NCBI RefSeq assembly: GCF_052425735.1
Contig: NC_135769.1
Location: forward strand, 24,862,001 to 24,926,000
Reading direction: 5' to 3'
Source: Oculina patagonica
Taxonomy: Eukaryota
Length of the DNA: 64,000 nt
A model generated the notes under the pieces. The model made no database searches, had not been told where the DNA came from, and saw only the letters and a list, made by a program, of their open reading frames with translations. Position numbers and translations under genes: made by a program. Below, piece after piece: positions 13,452 to 25,300 of the stretch. Position 1 is the stretch's first letter; each line of letters begins with the position of its first letter.

Positions 13452-13563
13452 TAACCTGCGATCAGGCTTTCTTTTTTTCGCGGCGGAGGGAAGGAGAAAA
13501 TCAGGCGTTCATTTTTCCGTTGACCCCTCCGCCGCGAGAAAAATAACGCCTGATCGCAGGTTA
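13452..13563. mobile_element. MITE with 9-bp TSD (AcademH-type)
   Basis: taacctgcgatcaggc...gcctgatcgcaggtta; TSD cgtggttaa. Confidence 0.8.
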
Positions 13564-15915
13564 CGTGGTTAACCTTTGGTTCTACGTCGGTTTTTTATTT
13601 GCTGTTTTGTTGAACGGAATGTTTGTATACACCGTCCATTTTCCAGGAAAGCAAAATTGAAAAGAAAAATCCCTTACAAATGGAAGAAGCGAGTAAAAGA
13701 GTTTATAAGCATCTTTCTGTTTTATTGGTAAATGAATAACACTGCCTTTACATTTATTCTTTTCTGAGAGCGGTCCAAATTTCAGTTGCGCTCGATGTGT
13801 AAGTAATATCTGACGAGCATTTGCTTATGCAAACTGATTTTATCGGTACTAGACGAACACGCTGCTTAGAAAACCTGAGTTAACGAGGTTTAAGTGCAAC
13901 CAAATAATGAATTATTACAAATTTTCATAAAGTCTAGTGTTTAAAGTCTTAAAACTGCGTAAATTAAATAACAAAAATTAATAATTAACTTGCACTTTTA
14001 ATGATTAACTTAGATTTACCGACAACCGACAAAGGTCGAAAATTTTAACCGACAACCGACAAAGTAAGGAATTTTTAACCGACTACCGACATGTGGACCC
14101 CCCCATTCACACCCTCATGTAAACTTTCGAATAACTTAGCATTTTAAAAATTGCTCTTTTATGGGTCTTTATTTTAAGATTAAGGCCAGGGAAACATTGT
14201 ATTAAGAGTATGTTCTTAATTTTAAAGAAAAGGCATGATTTATACCAATAAAACAGCCGTAAACAGCAACTTCCTGTTTATAGCCTCGTTTTCATGTTGC
14301 AGCAGAAAGCGAGTTAGACGTTGATCGTATTTGGAGGTGTTCCCAAGCTTGAATCTTTAGAGACTTTTAGTATGTTATTGTATAGGCCATTCCTAACTAG
14401 TTTACGTTGAGAAAGCTTCTGTTGCAATTAGTAGTAGGTCTGATTACAAAATGCCTGGACTATAAGCAAGTTCTATCACATCTAACAAATTCGGCTCAAC
14501 TGTACACCTTTTTTCTTGAATTACAGTACTTTCCTCGAAAATTGTAACCACCCCCATCCCAATAAGTACAAAAAATCTCCCCCCCTTGCTGGGGACAACA
14601 CCCAATATTGTTCAGGAACTTGAACAGTAAGCAAGTTCTATCACATCTTATAAATTCAGCATAACTGTACACCTTTTTCTTGAATTAGAGTACTTTCTTT
14701 GAAAATTGTGACCACCCCACCCCCCTTAGTACTAAAAATACCCCCCTTGCTGGGTTAAATACCTAATATTGTTCAGCAACCTGGATAGTAAGTAAGTACT
14801 ACTACATATAACAAATTCGGCTCAACTGTACACCTTTTTTCTTGAATTACAGTCATTTCTTTGAAAAATGTAACCACCCCACCCCCCTAAGTACAAAATC
14901 ACCCCCCTGGCTGGGGTCCATAGCTAATATTGTTCAGCAACTTAAATACTATCACCATGCCAAATTTGGTGCTTTTACCCCGAAGTGCACAATTTTTTCA
15001 CCATATGGCTGGACTATTTGGGCTTGTAGCCCGCTAAAACACTTAGCCCCTTACGCCCTAAGGCTAAAGGTGTAAAGTTTCAATAGTCAATTAATTAATT
15101 TATTTATTTATTTAAAATACCAATAATTATTAATTATTCGCGAGCGCGAAACACGAGTGACTGGTGACGAGCGCGAAGCGCGAGGGACCACGCGAAGGAG
15201 AAAGAAAGCGCCCATGCCATTTCCCCAAACAAGAGAGAGGCGTCAGGGTACAAGGCAGGTATAAATATGTTTCAGAAAGCAATATTCTCTCCTTGTGGAA
15301 CAAAACACTTTGTGCTAAATGCATGCGCAGATGAGTCTACTTTATATACTGAGACACTTACAAACGTTGCATGTTTCTTCCTGCGGAGGGATTCCTGTAG
15401 ACTCTGTGGCACTAACTTAAAACCGCAAAAAAATTAAATGAAACTTGTTTGCAAAGAAGCTGAAGACTATCACGTTTACTGTCTTAACCTCAAATCAAAA
15501 TCCAGTTTACAGAAAGTTAACATAACAGGGACGTGTTTAGAAAAATTTGGTTTCTTAAGCTTGACGTCGTGTGCTTGTTAATGCTGTAGAATTCTTGTAG
15601 ACCTGTGCCGCCAGTAAAACTGTAGTTTAATTAAATTGAACTTGGAAGTGTCAGAGCGGTTTAAAAGAAAACAAAAGTCTAGTACGTTTGCACGAAAAGT
15701 AAAAGTATCATATTTGTTGCTTCAATAGTCTTTTTAAAATTCGAGTTAACGAAAGTGGTTATAAAGCAGGACGGTTCAAACAATCGAAAACTTCCTAAAA
15801 AGTCAGGTAAAAAATTTTACTCTAGTGTCCCGATCGCGTGGATGAACGTTGTCACGTGATTTAGTTGCTTGCTTCATGACAAAATCGAAATAGCATCTTA
15901 CAGTACTGGAAAGAA

Positions 15916-15916
<1 letters not shown>

Positions 15917-15990
<74 letters not shown>

Positions 15991-16060
15991 CATCATCATT
16001 TGTATAGCCCCCTTTTTTATACGTTCAAGGGCGCTTGACAATGTGAAAATGAAGCAAGTA
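15917..16060 (-). repeat. (TAA)n microsatellite forming the tail of a LINE 3' fragment
   Basis: Long AAT array followed by catttgtatagccc...gcgctt, a typical reversed LINE 3' end; cut by the element starting at 16061. Confidence 0.7.
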
Positions 16061-18490
16061 TAGACTAGTCGGTATTTGCGTAAAGTCATTCTCAGATAAA
16101 TCAAGGGGCATTTTTTAGTAAAAGTTGGTAACAGTGGTTTTCTTAAGTAATTTTACCTGCTAAAAACGAAAAGGCTTGTTACCAAAAATTTTTTTGCGAT
16201 CTTCAGTCTCAAAATGACGTCACAAATAAAGACACCTAATATGACGTCATTACACCGTTAACCCTATCCGTAACTTCCTGAATATTAAAGCAATCACAAT
16301 GAAATTTAGAGGATACATCGTATGTCCAAAAATCTGTTTTTTGTAATACGTCATGTGTAATAGTTACGTCACATCACGTGACAATTGCATCATAATTTCA
16401 AAACAGGCGCCATCTTGGATCCGCCATCTTGGATTTTCATAATTTTCCAACGAACGTCAGAAAATCGCCCAAAATTACTAAAAAAAGTACTCAAAATAAA
16501 TAAAACGTTGCAAAAAAATAAAAAGGTGAAAATAATTGCATTAATGTTAACTTAATTCCATTAATAGAACACAAAAATTGCAAATTTTGGAAAAGAAAAA
16601 TATGCCCTTGACGACGAATTTGTAACACAAAGATCCGAAGAAAAGGTCAATTTCACGTTTTGTTGGAACTACATGGAAATGGACTCTATCCTCTTAATTC
16701 TCACACGGGCTCATAGAGAGGGGATATGGCATCTGTACTTGCAAGTTTCCGCCCGATGTTGCCATATGAAGGGAAACTTCCTTTTCAAATGGAATGGAAT
16801 GATCAAATGGAATGGAATGATCACAGTCTTGAATGGCTAAATGAGATAGGGAAAAGAGCAAGAGGGATCGTGGACATATCCAAGAAGTAATCAGCATTGA
16901 GTAGAGCGGTACTGTTCTATAATCCCCTGTCACAGATTGCTGAAATTACACACACAATGTTTGGATTGAGCCAAGAAGTTTTCCCGCAACAAGTCTACTC
17001 CTGGTTGGAAAGATTGGGGCAAGCAGGATGAACCTTTATTGCTCGCCATTCCTAAAAAAAGTATTATTTTCGCCACCAGAAAATCAAACCTGACTTTATA
17101 GCATTGCCACGAACGATCTGTCGCTGTTAAATACCAAAGAGCTTGGTCAAAAAAGCAAAAACAGGAGAGAGAATTTGTGGTGCAAAAGGTTGGAAACTGT
17201 GTCTTGACAAAAGCAAGATGAATCGTCAAAGATGAAATTCTGGGACACGATGCACAAGAATAAAACTCCAACTTTCGATAACTTAATTTTCATTGCCTAT
17301 AAAGCTGGTTGTTCAGTACTTTTATTTCTTCTTAGATACATTTGAAGCAAAAACACCGCCAATATGAATAAGTATAAGGCAAAGATGCAAATGACTATTT
17401 CCTAATAGCGAAACGTCCAAGGAATGTGTTCGTATTTTTTAAATGAAACCGTTCCTTTTTATAGACCCAACGAAGATTCCATAACGGTAAAGGTATAGAT
17501 CTCAGTTGTTTCTTTAAATTTTAGCCACAGTTGAACAGCCTATAAAGTCGACAGTATTTATTATAATTTTCATTCAGAATTTCAATTATCCTGTCGCTGT
17601 GTAGTGAAATGGCAAGCTATCTGTGGCGTCATTACATGACGCCACAGGTTGCCTGGAATGCTTTCTGTGGCCTATTCTAAAAAAAGGAAGGAACTAGGTT
17701 GGAGGCAATTTATTTGGTATAAAAAGATGCAAATACAGTGCATACGGCTTAGAACCTATTTTTATCCACAAAGTTAACCCTATCCAGATCGGTAGGGGAA
17801 GGTGGGAGGGGGAAGTAACCGCGCTAACTTTGAACGCTTATAACTTTTTCAAGATTTAACCGAACGCTGCCAACTTTGCGAGTTTATCTAAAATTTATCT
17901 GGGAATAATTTGGTAGGATGGGTTGTTGTTTGGGGAAGTTGACATTACAATGGCAATGGCATTTTGACAGGAATGGTTTCCAAAATTTGTGATTTTTGTG
18001 TTCTGTTAATGAAATTAATAAAACACAAAATCTTTTTAGGTTTTTTGTTTTGCACCGTTTTATTTATTTTGAGTACTTTGCAGTGAATTTTGGGCGATTT
18101 TCTGACGTTTTGGAAAAAAAATTGAAATTCAAGATGGCGGATCCAAGATGGCGCCTGTTTTGACATTATGATGTAATTGTCAGGTGATGTGACGTAATCA
18201 TCCCACGTGACGTATAACAAAAGATAGATTTTCGGACAAACAATATATCCTCTAAGTTTCATTGTGATTGCTTTAATATTCTGCAAGTTACGGTTAGGGT
18301 TAACGGTGCAATGACGTCATTTTAGGTGCCCTTTTTGTGACGTCATTTTCAGACTGAAGATCGCAAAAGAATTTTTGGTAACAAGCATTTTCATTTTCAG
18401 CAGGTCAAATTACTTAAGAAAAATCCTGTTACCGACTTTTACTAAAAAATGCGTCATAACTTTCAAATTTTATGAAAGTCGTCTAGTCTA
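16061..18490. mobile_element. Academ-type element (TAGACTAG...CTAGTCTA, TSD GTA) with ~490-bp subterminal inverted repeats
   Basis: 16108-16593 is inverted at about 17978-18452; GTA at 16058-16060 and 18491-18493. Confidence 0.78.
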
Positions 18491-19384
18491 GTAAACATAA
18501 AACAGGTTTCAAACTGAATAGAATACATAGAAAAGCACCGAGCATGATTTCATGTTAAGCTGGAACCTTTAATACACTACAGACCTTTATTACATTTAGG
18601 ACCAAAAGTTATTACACTTAGGAACTTTATTACATTTAGGGCCAAAAGTTATTACACTTAGGACCTTTATTACATTTAGGACCAAAAGTTATTACACTTA
18701 GGACCTTTATTACATTTAGGGACATTTATTACATTTGAGGCCTCAACACCATTTTGACAAAACATCTTTTAAGTATGCGTGAATAATTTCCAATTCTTAT
18801 CATCCAATCAGAAAACAGTGAGGATACCGTGACGTCAACATGTTGCTAAGCAAATTCTTTGGCGAAAACAGCGGGCGCGGACAACTCTTGAAGACTGGAT
18901 CTTGCATCAGTACATTACTGGTACTTATTCTTCTAACGAAATAAGAACACGAGATTGACACGAGACGGTTAGATTTTACAAACTCATACAGGAATCCTTT
19001 GATTTAGACAAGACAAAATATTAGTGAGGTTGCGAAAAATTATCAAAATTGTTTTTATGTCCGACATAAAATTACCATAGATTTCGAGTTATAAGCCCTG
19101 GGTATGAGTTTGTTGTTGTCTGCAGCTTGTAGTTTTTTTTCTCTTTCTGAATGGCGATTACTTAGTTTGCTTTTACAGCAACTGGCATCTTACATCAAAG
19201 TCTGAAGCGAGTCGTAAGAATGGGCGCTACGTTGTTACAGCTCATGTACATTAGACTTTAACATAGGAATCCGCTTTATTTTTGTTAGTCATCACTGTGG
19301 AAGAAAACAACTCGAGGAAAAGATGAAATAGTAACGTTATGTTGTTTATGGAAAGAAACCGGATAGCTTCAGAAATGGCGTAAC

Positions 19385-22300
19385 TTAAAAGTCAAACACG
19401 TGTGTAAATGGTCCATTTGTTTCAACACTCAGAACTTGTCTGTTTCCATACGTGCCTGAAAATAAAAATATAAATATAAGTGAACAAACAAACAAAGAAT
19501 AAACAGACTTGAAAAGTACAACACTCAAAATATGTAAATCGACTCCTTACTACAATCTTAAATGCTGGTCTGCCAGACCTGGAATAACAGCAGTCAGTTT
19601 GTTGCAGCGACAGTAAGTCGAACATCCAAGGTGTTTGAATGCCAGGGAAAATAGTTCTATTTTACGCAATATAGTTTTGTAGCCAAAGAAAAGCTTTTGT
19701 TGTATGCGACGTCGGCTTCACTGTTACAGTAGTTACTGTTGTGTTAGAGCGATTTTCACTTGAGTGTCTAAAGTTTTTCGCATTTGCTTTTGTTTTGCAT
19801 TACTACACTTGGTGATTGGTTCAAAAAAACTCGCACTACTTTCTTTACCAATAAGAAATGAAACCCAAACCAATCACGACTCGCTCCTACAGGTTAATGT
19901 TTTCCCGCGCTTCATGTTTGATTGGTTCACTGGGAAGCCTGTGTCCTTTGTGATTGGCCAGAGTGATTAATTCAGCTTTGGTTTTACACCACTTAATCAA
20001 GAATCGCTATACATCTAGTTTTAGCAGCTTCAGGAACAGGTGCTCGTGGTTAAGTTAGTCATTGTATAACTGTATCTTACCGTGCTTGACTTGTTTAGGA
20101 GGGCAATCTGATAAACCTGCTGAGTTACTAGCATGGACTGCTTCCTGAAAAAGATTTACAAAACAAAGGGAAAACTGTACTGAATCGATGTCACAATGGT
20201 AAGATAAATGAACTTGTAAAGGCGGTGTTGCACGGGACAACTTGTAACAATTATTTTTCACTCAACACCGCGTCAACTTTTCGTGGTATGTTAAACGAGT
20301 CAACTTTTCGCGCAACATCGTACAAAATGTACTTGGCAACATGCATGATACACGAGACAATTACTAGCGCAACGTCGACTCGCAACATTTCGCGTATCCG
20401 AACAACGCGGGCGTCCAGGTCATGTTAAACAGAATTCTGGGGAGGTATTGCGCAAAAAATCGACGGCGACCCTGTTACACGAGCCAGCTTTCTAAATATT
20501 CGTCACCTTGCGTTGCGAGTTTTTGACTTGGATTCAAAAACTCGCAACGTGTTGCCGAGTAAAATGTTGCGCAAAAAAATTGTTGTTGCAAGTTGTCCTG
20601 TGTAATGACACCGCCTTAAGGTAAGGCGAGGTGAGGGAAGGGAAGGGAAGGGAAAGGAAGGGAAGGGAAGGTAAAGCCAATTAAAGGGCGACGTCTATGC
20701 GCAGGCCAGATCGCAAGTTACCGTGATAACACGCCCCTCTTAATCTCTTGCTACCTCTAAGTTTTTTATTTTGTCAGGCCAGAACGAAGTTTACACACAA
20801 GGAAAGTTGAAATACGGATAAGAAGTCTGGAAACTGGGAAGGACATTTGGTCTGAATTGAATCAAAGTTTGCTTATGACCACAGGAACATGGCCACTTTA
20901 TTTCAGCAGAGTTTGGTTTTCCTGCGCGAAATACTGGGAAAGATGATGTACAGGCGGTCAACCATCTCATCTGAGAGACATGTGCTAAACTGGAATACAG
21001 ACTTTCTCATACATCAATAACAGTTCTAATCCAACATACAAGTGAATATTATTTTAGTTTATTAATTCTATAAACCTACTTGACAAGATTACTTACACTT
21101 TCACTGTCCTTTCCTCCCACCCCACCATTGAAATATGCAATTTGTTTCGCAATTTGTCGAATTTGCAATTTGTTTTGCAATTTTTCAATTCGTCATTGAT
21201 CATGAAATATAATAATAATTTGTTTCGTACATCGTATAAACTCCAACTAGGCTTTCTTACGTTGAAAACCATTTTTAATGCCTTGAATGCCTTAATTAAT
21301 TAAACCTAGGACTGAAATACAATTATGGCTATCAATAAGTTTTCTTAAACTACACAAGTTCCTAGTATCCCAGTCATCTTTAGCTTGCTTGCAATTGAAA
21401 ACCTATTTTGAATGGCTTGACTATCTTTATTGTTTTCTACATTAAACCTGCATGTAGGACTGAAATACAATTATCACCGGTTGTCAAAATGTTTTCTTAA
21501 ACTACACCAGTTCCTAGTATCCCAGTCATCTTTTTCTCGTATTCAGTTGCTACACTTTCAGCGTTAACATTCATATACCTTTTACAAGTGTAACTATAAA
21601 TTTATAGCACTTCAGGGGCCCAACCACGTGTCATGGTCCCCGGGAACGAAGTTCTACTCGTGAACAGAAAACTCTATATCAAGGTTTAACTGACAGGCCG
21701 GGCCACTTTCTAAGAACTATGAAGGAAAGCTTTAGCTGTTCAGGATTATTTTCTTTTCCCCATTTTCTATAAAAGAGTTTCAGTTTTGTGGAGCGAACCG
21801 GAAATTAACTTCACCGGAAGTTAGGTTTCGCGCGCGCGGATTGATTGACATATTGAGTGGGACTTTTGCCAACTGAAACTTCGGATTTTCGAACGGGAAA
21901 TTTACCGGAAACGTAAGGAGAAACACTAGCCGATAAAGAAAAGAGCAGGAAACTGGCCTGTTGTTTCACCAGTTCCGTTAGCTGTGCCCTCTGAAGTACG
22001 GAAGGTAAATCGTACTCCTTGTGACTCCACAGTTTTTTGTCCTTCTGTTCCATACCATGACCTAGGGCCCGTGATAAGCGAAATTAATTTATACTCCTTG
22101 TTTTTCTCCAAACATACTGGACGAATAAACTGTACATTAAAGCCGTAATAAAAATAAATCTGGTCCTTTACTGAGGCGTAGGATCCTGATTGTTTCACCA
22201 GAGAAGAGCCACATGTGGCATCTTTAATTTCTGTGGAAACATTGTACTCACGACCTTGAGAACCAAAATGCTGAACTCCAAGTAACTTGATGGGCTTGTC

Positions 22301-25300
22301 GACAGTGAAATTAATGCAGTCATTATTACCGGAGTAGTTCCAACGGTCACTTGGCGGAAAAAGATACTTAAATCTATGGCATCGATATCTAGCTGATCCA
22401 AATCTTGGGGCTTGTAAGAATGGCAGAGGAGATGTTAAAACACCATTGTAATGTTTCATCATATCGCCGACCTCTTCCAAAGTAAGAATGTAAGAATCAA
22501 ATACAGGAGAGACAAACTCCTTCTCCGACATCAATGGAAACCTTATCGCTTTCACGATCTCCTCTCCAAGGATTCGTCTTTTCGCACCACCACTAGGAGT
22601 TATCCTTTGCCTTTCACTTTCTTTTGTCGCCCAGCGATCAACAGCTTTAAACAGTTCCACTTCCTTTACATTCAATCCTTCTCTCTTCACAACAGACTCG
22701 ACAAGGGATCGCTTAAGTGTGACAAATTCATCTGACGTCACAGCTTCTTCTGTCTGCTTCTCAATCACTTCCCAGCATTGATCTTCCAAATCTTTATCTT
22801 CGAATTTCTGAGCGTGCGGCAGAATGCAGAACACGTTTGATGCTTTCAAATTGCTTCGCAGATATTCGGAACATCTCCCAGCGAGTGAAGGCACCATATA
22901 TTTGTTCGCCAAGTACAGCACTTGCATCACATTATTTCCGCTCAAATTCACTTGGTCGCTGTAAAAGAAACGAAACAACTCCAACAGACTCTCGTAGTCA
23001 CAGTCAGGCAGTTCAATAGAGTTTGTAGTCTCCGCCATTTGACCATAGAACATGGCAAAGAACACAGGACTGCTGATTGCAAGCACAAACTTGTGAGCTG
23101 GAATCACCTTCTTACTTTCACTTTCGCCAGTCGACACTGGAACAACAAATTTCACATCGCTCAATAACTCGTTGTTGAATATGAAGGTCGTTCTCTCGAC
23201 GACAGTTGATCGTTTCGTCTGCCAATTCTCTTCAACAGCAGCCATCATCCTTGCTATATTGGTCTCTTCACAGTTTTATTCGATATAGCAATGTTACGAT
23301 CGAAGGAGCTTTTCTTCAGTCGACACTCTTGTCTCATCGAAAACGAAAGAGGAAGGAAAGAGGAAGTGCTAGCGCTACCGCTGAACAAGAGACCGGTCTA
23401 CATGTCACACAACAGCGTGACCCGTTTCATACGCTCAAATTAGGCAGAATAAAGAGGGGCCTGAAGGGGTAAAACGAGAACTGGGTTTGGGTCACTGGGA
23501 CTGGGAATCACAAACAAAGAAACAATAGAACTGGGACTGGGATTTGGAAAATCAGGAAAACAATAGGCTGGGAAATGGGATTCGGGCAAAATTTGGCCTG
23601 GGAAATGGGATTTATACCCCACCGATCCCGCCTCCGCCCCAATGCAGGAGCCTCGAATAACTGTCATAAACTGCTGCAAAAAAGGAGGCAAACCTTTGGA
23701 TCACGCACTTTTCAAGCCTGGTTGAAGCCTAGCTAGTTTCCTTAAGTTTGGTTTATTGATTTCCTAAAGTTCTGATGGTTTTAAATATATCTGCGAGACA
23801 AGCTGATGCAACTGAATGGCGCGTCTATCAAAATTGAGGCAAAATATATGAGATTGCCAAAATTTGGGAAGTTCAGCTATAAAAATATCTCATCAAGGAG
23901 ATACCGCGAGGTTTTCTCTCTGTATTGGCATTCTCGATTGTATCTTATTTTCAGCTGCGCTGGTTTGATTGAAATAGACCGCGTCAGTTCTTTCGAAAAT
24001 ACAGTTTGAATTTTTCCCGTTTTTGCGTTTTTGATCAAGCTGTGTTATACGGTTATCGTTTATGTGTCACTGCTAGCTTGATTCGAAACTCAATGTCCTT
24101 GAAAGACGGTTTGGTAAAATTAAACAAACATAATCGAACTGGCTGTGGCGTTTGTTCTGTACAAAAGTCTATGTCTAAGTTGCAAATTCTCGTTAAATTT
24201 ATCTTCAAAGTTGTATTAAATTTAAACCTTGACATTCGTTACAAGCGTTCGTTGGGTCTTCAGCTCGCGGAAGCACGAAAAAAAAAAACACAAAAACCCA
24301 GATCCGATCCACATGATCCAGCGGATTGTGGTGTAAGTATAAGTACATGAAAGTCTTACAACACACAAGAAATGGGATGAGATGGAGGTACTTTTCACGC
24401 CAGATAGACCAGACCGCTTTTACGGACATTGCATCGTAACTGTTTGAAAACTGGAAAGGAATTTTGATCTGACTTGAAAAAGCTTGCTTCAAAGCTCTTC
24501 CTCTGCCTACTAGGGTTACAATGCACATGTTGTGCCATTTGTTTTTGTCTAAAAACTATTATTTAGGTCGGCAATCTTTTTTTCCTAATAAAGCCAGAAG
24601 ATAGAACGAGATGGTAACACCCAATCTTGGCGATGTTGATGATTTAGATCACCTCCGACAGGTTCATTTATAGCTACCTTGTTTGCTTGCTGTGTTCGTC
24701 TGTTTTTGCTTTTGTTCTAGCATGTATTTAACAAATCAACCACGACATTTTCCCCGCAAGGTCTATACCGTAAATGATCTAATAAACGCCCACTCTCAAA
24801 TAAACGCGTCGTACCTAATGAACGCCTCCCTTGAAGTGTTAAGTTTGTATTAGACGCCCCCTCTTATAAACGCCCCGTGTCTAACAGACGCCCCCCTCGA
24901 AGAATCACCTCAAAAATGCTCCATAGAATAAAATCACGCAATATAGTTAGTTTCTTGCTTGACTCCGACATCGAAGAGACCAAGTACGCCAACGTGGTTG
25001 ACCCTGATGACGATGAAAACGGCGATATCGAACTATGAACGACATCTCTAGGTTTTGTATTAGCGCAGAATAGATTAGTCTCCTACCCAAAAACTCTGTT
25101 TTGTAACTTACTCAACTAGCAAACTACGCATCCTATTTGTTTTGCTGAAGTTGTTACAGTTAAATTGAAATAAACGTCTCATATCTATTTAACGCCTCCC
25201 CTAAGACCCCGAAAATTTAATAGACGCCCCGGGCGTTTATTAGATCATTTACGGTACACTCTTTTTTTTTATAAGAATGTAGTTTATAAGAATATCGAGG

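Larger units (their letters stand above)
11890..14116. mobile_element. TIR element with GAGGG...CCCTC termini and 6-bp TSD (ATGTAA)
   Basis: gagggtctgaatgggg at 11890 and ccccattcacaccctc ending at 14116; accgac-rich subterminal repeats. Confidence 0.75.
10167..14462 (+). mobile_element. Internally deleted Academ (AcademX-like) element with transposase remnants
   Basis: Termini tagtccaggcatttt / aaaatgcctggacta, TSD TAA. Coding remnants 11113-11630 (CVIC...VHQNCRREYC...CHDLPAVDAVYHQTCSVNFRT) abut a Cys-rich C-terminus 11647-11847 (RCICRKNGMQCSPACDQCKGSACTN). Confidence 0.78.
9665..15016. mobile_element. Academ-type element (TAG...CTA, 3-bp TSD TTT) with ~166-bp internal tandem repeats
   Basis: TIR tagtccagccatatggtg...aattgtgcacttcggggtaaaagcaccaaatttggcatgg, inverted at 14956-15016. 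Repeat units at about 10028-10166 and 14463-14945. Confidence 0.8.
9234..18748. mobile_element. Non-autonomous TIR element (Ginger-like: TGT...ACA, 4-bp TSD) carrying nested insertions
   Basis: Termini tgttgaagcctcaaatgtaataaatgtccct / agggacatttattacatttgaggcctcaaca, TSD CCAT at 9230-9233 and 18749-18752. TIRs are built from ~39-bp tandem units (9260-9500; 18580-18730). Absent from the paralog (ccat at 1876). Confidence 0.8.
1273..23430. repeat. Tandem segmental duplication: unit 1 about 1273-8650, unit 2 about 8635-23430
   Basis: 1273-1720 matches 8635-9085; 1876-3810 matches 18749-21090; about 6820-8650 matches about 21300-23430. The 16-mer gcgtgacccgtttcat occurs at 1273, 8635 and 23415. 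Confidence 0.9.

Noticed and set aside
15869-16104. Poly-Ile ORFs on both strands
   Set aside because: Translations of a (TAA)n microsatellite.
16694-17271. ORFs inside the third Academ-type element
   Set aside because: No recognisable motifs; interrupted by stops and an 18-bp tandem duplication.
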